Part shown: in pieces, positions 51,515-63,935 of the stretch
Layout: each line of letters starts with the position of its first letter
Position numbering within the stretch: the stretch's first letter is position 1
Source: Octopus sinensis
Lineage: Eukaryota
Assembly (NCBI RefSeq): GCF_006345805.1
Contig: NC_043002.1
Span: 74,772,001-74,836,000, forward strand
DNA length: 64,000 nt
Direction of reading: 5' to 3'
Made by a program: the position numbers and the translations under genes
The notes under the pieces: generated by a model
What the model was told of the DNA's origin: nothing
The model's input: only the letters and a program-made list of their open reading frames with translations
Databases searched by the model: none

Positions 51515-52515
51515 AACTGATATTTAATTTATTGATTCCATAGGGATGAAAATGGACTTTGAATGAAAGATTATACTTTTATGCATTCGGTCTGGTTCAG
51601 TAATCTTCTCCTTCATTAGGGTAATTATAGTCACCCTCGTTTTAGTCGTTAATGATAATAAATAATCCTTTCTACTCGAGACATGAAATTTTGGGGCAAG
51701 AGGCTAGTTGATTACATTGACCTCAGTATTCAACTGGTATCTATTTTATTGACCCCAAAAAGTTGAAAAGCAAAGTTGACCATGGTATAATTTGAACTCA
51801 GCACATAAAGCTAGAAGAAATATCATGAAGCATTTTGTCCAGTGTTGTAATAATTCTGTGAGCTTGCTACCATAATAATAATAAACCCTATTTTTGGCAC
51901 AAGGCCAGCAAATTTAGGGAGTGGTGAAGCTGAAAGTCAATTACCTTGACTCCAGTGCTCAACTGGTACTTATTTTATTGACCCCCAAAAGGATGAAGGG
52001 CTAAGTCAACCGTGGCAGTATTTGAACTCTGAATGTAAAGACAGATGAAATGCTGCTAAGCATTTTGTTCAGCATGCCAAAGACACAAGGCCTGAAATTT
52101 TGTGGGAGAGGTCTAGTCCATTGCATCAGTTTCAGTGCTTGACTGGTACTTAATTTATCGTCCCTGAAGTGATGAAACGCAAAGTTGACCTGGGTGGCAT
52201 TTGAACTGAGAATGTAAAGACAAATGAAATACTGCTAAGCATTTTGTCTGCCATGCCAACAATTCTTCCAGTTTACCACCTTAATACTAATAATAATGGC
52301 TTCAAATTTTGGCACAAGGCTGGCAATTTTAGGAAGAGGGTGTAAGTTTACTACATCGATCCCAGTACTCAACTGGTATTTATTTGATCAGCTGTGAAAG
52401 GATGAAAGGTAAAGTTGACCCATGGTGGAATTTGAACTTGGAATGTAATGACTTGGAAGAAATGCTGCAAAGCATTTTGTCCTATGTATTAATGATTTTG
52501 CCAGCTTGCTACCTT
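51515..52515 (-). mobile_element. Tandem array of four to five family B SINEs
   Basis: Repeated CAACTGGTA..GATGAAA..TTTGAACT..AAGCATTTTGTC units, mostly separated by (AAT)n. Confidence 0.85.
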
Positions 52516-53869
52516 AATAATAATAATAATAATAATAATAGTATGAAGAATAGTATTGATTTCTTTTAGTGACATGAGGCCCAAAGATTCCAAGCAAGTG
52601 ATATAGGAAACTGTGGTTGCCATGCTATTCTGAAGGATATTTCTACAATTGAATGGAGCTCTTAGACACATCAATTGAAACTGGGTTGTGTCGAGTGTCA
52701 TCTAATATGACACTAATGATATTTACAAAGACACTGTTTAAATATACATATACTACAGTTGTTATAAATATACATATATCGGTTGTTAATGTTACAGACA
52801 ATTAAAAGACGACACACACATGCACTGAGATATATATATATGATGTATGTATACATATGGATACATATTTATTCTTTGCATTTATTTATCTGCTAGCAGT
52901 TTATGTATCTGTTGGGTCATTTAACATTGTCGTTATTATTGTTAATGTTAGAATCACTTCCCGTGTTAGACACTAAAATCCCCTTATGGTTATGTTTGTA
53001 TTTATTATACACTCTTGCAATTTACTGTCAATAAACTTGATTTGCCAAAGCTAGATATCCATGTCATTTTCAGAAACTTGTCATGACTTTTATAGACTCA
53101 GGCAAGCTGAATTTTCTAATGTGCGGTGTGGGATTAGTCTAGGCAGAGCTAGGGGAATATAAATATTGACTAAGCTAGACAAAATTCTTCAAAAAGGATT
53201 GTCAGTCATTCAGAGAATATCAAACAACTTTTGGCTTTAGGTTAAATTAATATTTGAAGAAATTGAGCCAAGCCCTGCTTTATCTCCAGAGATTCCAGAC
53301 TGTTAATTTATGAGCTTAGATGGAATCATTATCTGGCATCTATCCCAGTACTCTTCTCAACTCTTAATTTCAATGTACATCTCTTGTAGAATTATCTTTT
53401 ATTAGCATTCCTTACTACATAAAGAAATGTTGAAAGCTGTATACTCCCCTTTTACATTTTATCTCTTGATTTACACACTCATCAGAAGCCACAGTTCATT
53501 CTTTAAAATGCATTACTTTTGGTTGTATAAATTAGTTAAACATATGTAATTTTTGTTTTTATTTATTTTAAATTTTATTTTTGTTTCTTTTGGTTGCTTT
53601 TTCATCTTTTACACCACCTCTTTAATTTAATGATCAAAAAAAAATTTTTTTTTTTTTGCCTCTATGATGTTTGACTTGTATGTTGAGTGAGAAGAATGCA
53701 GTAACATATATCTTACACAACCTCTGCTGGCAGAATCCTCATTTCAGCTTCTGTGATGTCAGTTATAAAACTGGTGTAGTTTAATCTATATATCATAGTC
53801 TGCTTTCATTAAAACTCTTTTAATATCTAAATTCAAAATATATTCTTTGTGTGTATTTGTGATTGAGAT

Positions 53870-54125
53870 CATTATCATCATCATTTCTATGTTAGCATGG
53901 GTTTGAAGGTTTAACAGGATCTAATGAGCCAGAGGGCTGTATCACACTTCAGTATCTTTTTTGGCATTGTTTCTACAGATGGATGCCAATCACTTTACAG
54001 TTTATACTAGGTACTTCTTTCCATGGCGCCAGCACTTATCCAGTTACCAACTACTTGCAAGACAAAACCCCCTCAACTGAGTAGGGTATTGAAGGAGGTG
54101 TGAGTATAATAGAGGAACAAGAACA
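53870..54125 (-). mobile_element. RTE-type 3'UTR fragment
   Basis: (CAT)n, TTAGCATGGGTT, TTTCTACAGATGGATGCC. Confidence 0.6.
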
Positions 54126-54127
54126 TT

Positions 54128-54360
54128 AAGGCGGTGAACTGGCAGAAACATGAGTGTGCTGGGCGAAATACTTAGCGGTATTTCGTCTGCCATTATGTTC
54201 TGAGTTCAAATTCCGCTGAGGTTGACTTTGCCTTTCATCCTTTTGGGGTTGATTAAAATAGTACCAGTTATGCACTGGGATTGGTGTAATTGACTTAATC
54301 TGTTTATCTGTCCTTGTTTGTCCCCTCTGTGTGTAGCCCCTTATGGGCAATAAAGAAATA
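54128..54360 (+). mobile_element. SINE family B, full length, young
   Basis: Matches 1232-1460. TSD-like agaggaacaagaa / agagggacaagaa. Confidence 0.88.
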
Positions 54361-55819
54361 AGAGGGACAAGAAAAGGAGTCTTGCTGAAGGGAATGAATG
54401 ATTTCTCAGGGTGGGAACATATATTACATTTGTTCATTTTTAAACCCATTTTTTCCATGCTGGTATGGGTTAGTGGGTTAAATGAATATGATATTGAAAC
54501 AATTATTTCAAATCAGATCCTTCCTGGCACTAACTCTCTCACCAGTGTTTCAAGCATAGGATCTCTTATTCTACACATCTTTGAAAGCACAAAGCCGGCA
54601 GATGATTGCTTGAGAGGGAAAATGTCAACAAACGAAGGGCTTTCTACTGATTCTGTCTCTTTAATTTCCTTCACAAGACATTAGTTGGCCCACAACTACA
54701 GCAAAAGACATCCAACGTGCCACTAAGTGGGAGTGAATGCCAGAAACCATGCAGCTTTAAAGGAAACTTCCGACCCCTCCCACACACACACTACTATCTA
54801 TCAACTTTTAATCTTCATTAATTTTGTTTGTAGTTTACAATTTCAATTGCAAGATTATTGATTTTGACAAATCATCTAAGTAGCCATTAATGTTAGATAG
54901 CTTCCTACAATCTTGTAATTTGTTTGGTAATGATGGTATTAGTGGTGAAGGTGGTGTCTGTTTCTCATGTAGATAGATGCCAGGCCAACAATTTTTGGGA
55001 GGTGGTTAGTTGGATTAAATCAACCCTAGATTTGGCAGCAATGTTTCCTGTAAACTGTATACTTTCACATAAACAGATTTTATGACTGCAAAAAAAAAAA
55101 AATCTGCACATGCAAGGTTTTTGAGATGAAATTAGATTTTGTTTTAATTGAAGAGGCTTACTTATATGTATGTGCACATAACTGCACAAAGACAAAATTT
55201 GCACAGAAGAAATTTTCTCTGTGCACTCACAACATGCATGCATGTATGTAGTGTGCCTATTCTTAACTGGAGTACTTTCAAAGCCTTGGGGAATTTCAGA
55301 AACGGAAGAAATTGATGATGGTGCTTCTTTTGAGGTACCTTGTAGTTTGGATAATGAAGGGATTTATGAGTATAAGTATGAGCCATGCTTCTTCATCTGT
55401 TGCTGAAGCTAAATGGGTTTCTGTTAGGTATAACTAAGTTGTAACATACACAATGATTGTTGAGTAATACTCTGGATTTCAGTCTGATAATCAAATAGAT
55501 TATTTCCAGTTGAGTTCTAGTTGCTATTATCTGCTTCAGTTTCATTAGAATTCAAAAAAGAAATCTTTGAGGTGCTTTGTGATAAATAATACATCAAGAA
55601 ACTTGTATTAATATTAATTAGGAATTTCAGGTTCACATACTTAATTTTCTTACAAAATGCTTAATCAACATGCATTTACTCTACACACTAAATTATATAA
55701 ATGTATGCATGTGTATCTGTGAAGATATGCACTTCCACCAATACACACCTTCCTATACTCTGTTGAATTAAAGGAAATCTACATAAGTCATTAACATGAG
55801 TTATTTGTGATGAAGCAAA

Positions 55820-55990
55820 TCTATAATTGAAGACTTTCTAGTCATAATAATTCCGTATTTTATTCAGACATAATCCAATGTTCTTATTATTGGTAGTATT
55901 TACACAATGGTCGTATGTAATTTCTGGTAGATTTGCCTGCTACTTCTAGCAGGTTTAACAACTGCTTAGTGGCTCCCCTTATTGCCTCAA
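55820..55990 (-). mobile_element. Repeat family D, degenerate
   Basis: ATCCAATGT..AGATTTGCCTGCTACTTCTAGCAGG. Confidence 0.6.
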
Positions 55991-56119
55991 CATAATATAA
56001 ATTCCGCTTACATATAAGTCCTTCTACTGATATTAGCTCAACATAAGTTCAACTAATTTTTGGTAAGTCCTTCATGTTGTAAATTAATTGAGAAGCCAAT
56101 TTAAAAAATTTCCTCCTCC

Positions 56120-56550
56120 TCCTCACCCCCCTTCCTGTTGCCAATCTCCACTTTTCCAGGTGAGGTAATAATCCATCAGACTATCAAGCAACAAACAGCC
56201 TGGACATATTTACATAGAGACCTGGAAACAAACGACACCATATAAATGTGCTCTTTGTTTACAAAGATTGCACATGTCAATTGCAGTTAATTGTAAGCAA
56301 ATGACGCCTCTCACAAAACCATTGCTTTACATTTAGTAATTGAAACACATGTAGATGTGACAAATACAAACTGACACACATGTGTGTTTGTAGACACAAC
56401 TGTACATATATCCTATGGTCTTCTTTCAGTTTCTGTCTACTATAGGTACTCATGAGGTTTTGGTTAATTCTTGGCTATAGTAGAAGACACTTCCCTAGTT
56501 ACCATTCAGGGTGTGAACTTGAAACCTCATGGCTGGCAAGCAAACTGCTT
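56120..56550 (-). mobile_element. Degenerate family A SINE (RTE-tail variant)
   Basis: CCCTTCCTGTTGCCAA..TTCTTTCAGTTTCTGTCTAC..GGCTATAGTAGAAGACACTT. Confidence 0.6.
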
Positions 56551-56564
56551 GTATATAATCTATA

Positions 56565-56900
56565 TACTCTTTTACTCTTTTCAGTCATTTGACTGTGGCT
56601 GTGCTGGAGCACCATCTTTAGTTGAGCAAATCGACCCCAGGACTTATTCTTTGTAAGCCTAGTACTTATTCTATCAGTCTCTTTGCTGAACCGCTAAGTT
56701 ACAGGGACATAAACACACCAGCATCGGTTGTCAAGCGATGTTGGGGGGACTGAAACACACACACACATTTTGTGAAATTTGATTTAGTATTTCTAAGTTG
56801 AATTTTTCCCTGTAAGTTAGGAATAATATTCCCTCAAATAATTATTATATATATACACATATATACGACAGTCTTCTTACCACACAGCCACTCCTGCGCC
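56565..56900 (-). mobile_element. Young family A SINE with internal deletion and a foreign insert of about 78 bp
   Basis: Tail and 5' end (CTCCTGCGCC) intact, about 128 bp missing at about 56877, non-SINE AT-rich block at 56768-56845. Confidence 0.8.
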
Positions 56901-57722
56901 TATATATGCATATATAAATAAATAAACTATACATTGACACCTTTATTTCTCTTTGTATGCCTAAACACACATTCATGTGCTCATACACAGACACAGCACT
57001 ACATTTAATTAATTTTGCAATTGGCTTGGAATCGCCTGAATTTAAATTATTCACTTGATAATACAATGTAGTAAAGCTGAAACATTATGCAGCTGTTGGA
57101 CCAGATCAGAATCATTCCAGGAGAGATTATATGACGTGACATGAGCCAAAGTAAAGTTTTCAGATCAAAAAAATGAGGTGATTGGGTCATATTGGATGAA
57201 AATAAATCATGGAAAGTTGAAAAATATGTTAAAGCCTGTTCTTTGTGGTGTGTATGCAAAGGTGGGTGTAGATACTTCATGGTGTTTAATTCCTAACCAT
57301 GAGGGTATAGATTTTAGAATGTATTGACAAGGAAATGAAATTGACTTAAAACAGATGCTGAAGTTTGCATTTTACATGGCAGTGCTTGGGAGGAGCTCTT
57401 GCTCATTAGACTAAAGCAAGTTTGCTGACCTGTAATGATGAAGATGCAAAACGAATTCAGTTGGCTGCGAAATGTCTCGCTAAATTTCTGATTTATTGCA
57501 ATATGATGCCAGCAATCCTTCTGATTAAAAACAAAAACAAAAAAAAAAAGAATAAAATATGATACAAAAAGAAAAATAAATTTTGACACCATTATAATTA
57601 AGCAACGGTATGATTATTCATACATTTAACTGGATTTTAATCCATCGATCATATCTCTAGTTAATTAGCAAGTGGAATATTTTCTTTTTCATTTTCTTTG
57701 TATATGAATGTATGTATATATG

Positions 57723-57755
<33 letters not shown>

Positions 57756-58761
57756 TTTGTTTTTGTTGTTGTAATGGTTGTGTTCCAATCATCCCACCCA
57801 CCTGTCACCCTCCTTTATTTTCTGTTCTTTGACTGTATGATTTAAATATGTTTCTGCTGGTGAAATGCATTATGTGTACATTCTTTCTCTCTCTCTCTAA
57901 TAATAATAACAACATATTGTACACGATATCAATCACTGACAACATCTAGAAAAATTATCATTAATTATTACCATAACTGTTTCTAGACACTTTTATTGAT
58001 CATTTTAGATTTATTGTCTAATAAATCTATTATCTGTCTTTTCACACATCTCCTGCAAACCCCCCTGCTTCTCTCCTTGCCTCTCTTTACCTCTCCTCTC
58101 ATTTTATAAATATACACATTGAATTCGATGTTTGCGCTGCTAAACTGTATTCCTCTGCTTTCTTCAAATCACACATCATAATCTTTTATTTGGTTATTAT
58201 TTACCATCATTTTTTTTTGTTGCTTGGTTTTGTTTTTCTTTCTCCTCTTCTTTAATTTGCTGAAGTGAACTGTGAAATTAATTTTATTAAAAAGGATTAG
58301 AAAAACCTTGTTGCTTCACATGATACTTTTGAATAAGTTTTTTTTTTTGTTTTATTTTTTTTTTTTTAGAAGTTAGGGGAGCGAGAAGCCAAATTAAAAT
58401 AGATAAGCAAAAAAAAAAAAAAAATAAAGAAGCAGTAACACATAAAGAAAACAAAAGCAAATAAAGAAAACAAAAGCAAATAAACAAAGATGAACAAGTG
58501 AATAACTGAGCCAATCAGCTATTACTTAAACAACATTGCATTCAACCGTCAGACAGCAGCATGCATTTACTGTGCCAACCAGCTTTATAAAAACACACAC
58601 ATGCTAACACTCACCTAACCCACACACAGATGTGTGTATGCATATATGTATGCATATACAGAAATGGATATATAATCACAAGCTTACCTATTTGTGTACA
58701 CACATGTACATTCGTACACTTCATACACATATGTATATGTACACACTTATACCAAGACACA

Positions 58762-58799
<38 letters not shown>

Positions 58800-59080
58800 G
58801 TGTGTATGTGTGTGTGCATGTATATGTGTGTGTGTGTGTGTATCATTTGCGTTAAATGATGATGATAATGATATATATGTGTATTTGTGTGTGTGGATAT
58901 GAATGTATATTTGACAGCAGTTTATTGTTATTCGTATGATCTCATTTAAATAAATCTAAAAAAATATATCATGACACAAATGATTCTATTTGATTGCTTT
59001 CATTCAAGCACAAACATATACATTCCATCTGTCTCTATAGCTTTCTCTCTTATGCCCTATGTCTATGAGTAAATACATAC

Positions 59081-59128
<48 letters not shown>

Positions 59129-59464
59129 ATGTGTGTATAAAATCATTTAACTTTGCATGAATATGCAAGTTATAGCTTCAGGTATTTATTTGTATTTTGA
59201 ATTTGATTTACCCTTTCCCCCTCTTGCACACACCATGCTCACCCAGCCTGCCATCACAGAAAGATAATTCTGTGTAATCTATTTAAAATAATTCTCAATT
59301 GTTTGCTGTTGGTGTATTCTGTAGCTCTGGCACCTGCTCAATACAATATTTTGTGAGGTATTGTTTGGTACTAGCTTCTGTATTTTCATTGTTCAATTTC
59401 TCTGTAATTGTGAATAAAGAGGTATAAAAGTGACAAAATAATTAAAATGTTGTTTGTGTGTGAA

Positions 59465-59765
59465 GGCATGCAGCCTAGAGGTTAGGATATTGCATTCACA
59501 TTCATTAGATCATGATTTCAATTCTTAGACTGAGCGTGCATTGTATTCCTGAGTTGAGTTGTGTGAATTTTATTCTTCATTTTATGTTGCTGCAGTCTAT
59601 CTGGCTGTAAATATGTTCCAGCAATTGCTGGGAAGTGAACCTTATAGTGAACCAGTGTCCCATTCAGGAGGCATGTTGCTATATTTGTCACTTACACGCT
59701 GCTGAAACTGGATTAAGCTTTGGCCATGTCAGTCCAAGGGCCTACGACAGAACTGAGTATAAGTA
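59465..59765 (+). mobile_element. SINE family C, degenerate
   Basis: GCAGCCTAGAGGTTAGG..TTGTATTCCTGAG..GTGTCCCATTCAGG. Confidence 0.6.
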
Positions 59766-59767
59766 AA

Positions 59768-59814
<47 letters not shown>

Positions 59815-60019
59815 ATGGATGGCAGGGGCAAAAATATGGCTCAGTGTTTGAGAAGTTTGCTTTGGAATCATTGGGTCTTGGGTTCAGTCCCACTGCATTG
59901 GATCATGGGCAAGTACTTTCTACCAGAGAAGCTGACACAAGCTTTCTCGAGTAAAATTAGGTGGATGAAAACTGTAGATCATCAGATGAACTGTATCTGT
60001 AGTTCATAGAGCAATCTTG

Positions 60020-60056
<37 letters not shown>

Positions 60057-60159
60057 ATCTATGTCCCATTGACTTTGCCTGAAGATTATGTTAAGTGTAT
60101 GTATTCATGTGCAAAACTCAGTCACTCCATATTTGATTCAAAGATTTGGCAGTTCAATT

Positions 60160-60520
60160 TACTGAACAAGAAGCTTGTTTTGCAACCATGTAGTTTCAGG
60201 TTCAACCCCACTACACAGCACATTTCATCGGTGTCTTCTCCTATAGCTTTGTGCCAACCAATGCCTTTCGAGTGAACTTTGTTGATAGAAACTGTTTGGA
60301 AGCCTGTCGTGTGTGTTATGTGTATGTTTGTCATCCAGCATTGCTTGACAATCAGTGTTGGTTTATGTTCCCATAAGTTTATTTTTTCAGTGAAAGCGAC
60401 CAATATAATAAATACCAGACTTTAAAGTAAGTACTCTGGTCAGTTTGTTCTGCTGAACTCTTCAAAGTGTTGCCCCAGCAGGGCCACAGTTCATTGGCTG
60501 AAACATATAAAAGATAAAAT
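60160..60520 (+). mobile_element. Old, degenerate family A SINE (donor of the 99-bp inverted copy)
   Basis: CAACCATG..GTGTCTTCTCCTATAGC..GCCCCAGCAGGGCCACAG..CTGAAAC. Confidence 0.8.
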
Positions 60521-61205
60521 GAACAGAATGTTGAAAATAGTGGAGACCCATTTCCATTTACATGTAGAATCTTTGTCATGTGTTGTATTTTCGTGTAGTA
60601 TCCCTCTTCATATGTATTTGACAAGAGATACTTTGTTCAGTTCTACATAGCTGTTTGCAGATATTGTAGTAGTATGTATCACTATTTTGGGTTTTGTTTA
60701 CATCAAGGTTGTTAGCCTGTGTCGATTCAGATGATTAAGTTACAGGAATCAGTTTACATTTGGAAACCTGTTTGCCCAGTTTGTTTAAGTTTAGTTCTGC
60801 ATGTTTGATATTTCACAGATGTTCCAGTCTTCGCTTAAAACCAAAACATTTTGCTTCTGAATTTACTTATGCTTCATAAAACTCTTTGTTTAGATTATAA
60901 CTCACTCTCTTCTGAAGTTAGAGTCACAATGAAGATGAAGGAGGCTGATACTTTTAATTAGAGATTTTATCCATTTACTCTTAATAAATATTTAACTCTT
61001 AAATTTTTTTAGTGCCCTCTGTCTATAGATCTTCCAATTCTGTTTGCAAATAGAGATTCTGATGAAATGAAGTTAGCCTAGTATGAAAAATCAGGAATTT
61101 GGATGGAACTTACTAAAATAATAGAATCATTGTTGGTGTATATCATGAATGTTGTTTTTATTTGTTGATGGTTTTTACCTGTTGTTGTGTCACTTGCACT
61201 TGCAG

Positions 61206-61216
61206 GTTGAATACAG
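61206..61216 (+). other. Candidate 11-nt microexon
   Basis: U-rich, AG-free upstream tract with two UGC motifs, then cttgcacttgcag|GTTGAATACAG|gtaagc with a strong donor. Confidence 0.4.
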
Positions 61217-61538
61217 GTAAGCTGATTACATGTATGCGTTTTCACATATGGTTACACTATATCAGTTTGTGGTTATTGATTTCTTGTCTCAAAGCTGAAT
61301 TTGTGTTCTACCAGTCTCTATAACTTGGAAGCTGCAAAGCAGAAAAGCATTCTGAGATATGTTTTCAGCTCCTTCATTGATATAACAAAGACAGTGTTTC
61401 TCTGTTGACACACATACCTTATGGTCTGAGGATTCAAAAAAATTGAAGAAAATACTCAACACGCTTTGCTTCTGAATTCAAAGGTTTTGTAGGGCCCCTA
61501 TTGCTAACAATGGTATTAACTGCAATGATCATCTACAT

Positions 61539-61777
61539 CGGTGATTCCCAACCTTTTCACTACCAAACATAAACCAACACTGATTGTCAAGCAATGCTGG
61601 ATGACAAACATACACATAACACACACGACAGGCTTCCAAACAGTTTCTATCAACAAAGTTCACTTTTATTGAAATGAGTTTTCCCATGGACCCCAGGATA
61701 TTGAAAGGCCTGTCAGCTTAACATGTTCACGGATTCCACCAGTACTACTTTTGCAGACCACATGCTGGGAACCACTG
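61539..61777. mobile_element. hAT (Charlie/Buster-type) MITE
   Basis: TIRs CGGTGATTCCCAAC / GCTGGGAACCACTG and TSD atctacat / atttacat. Confidence 0.78.
61566..61664 (-). repeat. Perfect 99-bp inverted duplicate of 60271-60369
   Basis: Base-by-base reverse complement, 99/99 identical. Confidence 0.95.
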
Positions 61778-62140
61778 ATTTACATAATGATTCTATTCCT
61801 GCTCAAAAACAATAAATCCCACTATCACATAGACCACTTGTGTATAGAGATGCCACTGAAATATCACTAATTATTTTTTCCATGTTCAAGCTCTCTTCCT
61901 CTAATTAGATCATTAATAAATAATAAATAACGTCACCAAATTCTAACTAGCTGCTTGAGATAATAACTGCCATGATGTTTGAAAATTGAAGGAAGAGAAA
62001 TCTAAAGAAATTCACTTAAAAAAAGCAAAAAATAAATGCACATTGTGCAAAGAAGCAGTCTTTGATGGGAAATTTTTTCTAAAATGAGGCTAAACTTCAT
62101 CACACAGAACAGTGCTTAGTTTCTGTTTTTTGACCCCAAA

Positions 62141-62799
62141 GGCAACGACTAGTGACTGAGACCTTTGGAAATATGCTGTGCTTGAGAAAACCCGGCAAGC
62201 CAATTGAGACCATAACCCGTGGCCTATGCCAGGGGTGTAACCAGGCCACTTATGCGTACCTTTCCTTTATTGTACACTAAACTATGCTTGCGAAGACCTG
62301 TTAAGGCAAGTGAAATCGAAATCAAATTTGATGACAGCACCTACGACTGGTATCCGTGCTAGTAGAGGGCTAAGAGCACCATCTGAGTGTGATTGTTGCC
62401 AGAGCAGCTGACTGGCTCCCATGCCGGTGGCATATAAAAAGTACCATTCGAATGTGATCGTTACTAGTGTCACCTTACTGGCGCTTGTGCCAGTGGCTCA
62501 TGTAAAAATATTTGAGTGAGGTCGTTGCCAGTACCGCTGGACTGGCTCCTGTGTATTTGGCATGTAAACAAAACACCATTTGAACATGACTGCTGCCAGT
62601 ACCACCTGACTGGCCTTCGTGCCGGTGGCACGTAAAAGCACCCGCTACACTCTCGGAGTGGTTGGTGTTAGGAAGGGCATCCATCTGCAGAAACTTTGCC
62701 AGATCAGATTGGAGCCTGGTGCAGCCATCTGGTTCACCAGTCCTCAGTCTAATCGCCCAAACCATGCCAGCATGGAAAACAGACATTAAATGATGATGA
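62141..62799 (+). mobile_element. 5'-truncated RTE-clade LINE: last ORF codons plus complete 3'UTR
   Basis: TSD*DLWKYAVLEKTRQAN* (DRxxW motif, stop at 62205-62207), internal repeats of about 65 bp, AGGAAGGGCATCC, (ATG)n tail. Confidence 0.8.
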
Positions 62800-63119
62800 A
62801 GAAGGAGAAGAAACAAAAATTCTCATTGAATTGTAGCTATATGATGTTCAGGACTTGGCAACACTTGCAACAACTTCCAGTACAGGACTGTAAGTTAATT
62901 TCAAACAAACAATGATGTGCTTTGAAAGATTCTACAAACGATTGTTGTTATTAAAGTTATTGAAAGGTTGAGATTTCTTTCTTTTAAAGAATGTTTTCAT
63001 TCTGGAGTTGTGTGTGTGTTTCAATCCAACATTTAATGCGCTTTGAGAACCTTTATTCTGATACAGAATTAATTCGCATACTCTCGACAGTGAATAAAAT
63101 TTTTATGACATCAAGAAAT

Positions 63120-63315
63120 ATCATCATCATCACCATGATCAACGTCTGCCTTCCATGCTGGCATGGGTTAGACAGTTTAACAATAGCTGGCAAACCAGAG
63201 GACTGTGTGAAGCTCTATTGTCTGTTTTGACATGGTTTCTATGGTTAGATGCCCTTCCTAATTCCAACTATTTTACAGTTTATTGGGTTGTTTTTTGTGA
63301 TGCCAGCACTTGCTC
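63120..63315 (-). mobile_element. RTE-type 3'UTR fragment
   Basis: (CAT)n, TTCCATGCTGGCATGGG, GATGCCCTTCCTAA. Confidence 0.75.
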
Positions 63316-63427
63316 GAAATATTCCTGTTATTTTAACTGCTCTTTCTAGCTCCACTTTTCCATAATATTTTATGTTCTTTTTATCTAAGTAGTAATTCTA
63401 ACTAGATAATGGCCTGATCATCATATT

Positions 63428-63459
<32 letters not shown>

Positions 63460-63505
63460 TGTATGATTATGTATGTATGTATGTATGTATGTATATGTAT
63501 GTATG

Positions 63506-63537
<32 letters not shown>

Positions 63538-63874
63538 TGTATGTATGTATGTATGTATGTATGTTGTATGTATGTAGTATGTATGTATGTATGTATGTAT
63601 GTATGTATGTATGTATGTGTATGTATGTATTATGTATGTATGTATGTATGTATGTATGTATGTGTATGTATGTATGTATGTATGTATATGTATGTATGTA
63701 TGTATGTTCATCCGTCTGCCCAACCGTTCATGTGTATGTATGTATGTCTGTATGTCTGTCTGTGCACGTGTGTGTATGTGTGTATATACAAATGTTTGTA
63801 TATTTATATACCTATACATATGTAAATCTGTGTGTATGTGTGCAAGTATATATATATATATACATACATACACA

Positions 63875-63905
<31 letters not shown>

Positions 63906-63935
63906 GTGTGTTTGCGTGTATGTATATAATATATG
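63428..63935. repeat. (TATG)n-dominated compound microsatellite
   Basis: Directly visible. Source of the ORFs at 63427-63961. Confidence 0.95.

Noticed and set aside
55290-55406. Acidic coding-like patch ETEEIDDGASFE
   Set aside because: No polypyrimidine tract or good donor, and no recognisable homology.
62420-62645. Pistol ribozyme resemblance (CGUG..CACG-UAAA followed by a second stem) and repeat-spacer look
   Set aside because: The pistol P2, the pseudoknot placement and the GU cleavage junction cannot be fitted. The spacers are homologous to each other, so this is a tandem repeat, not CRISPR.
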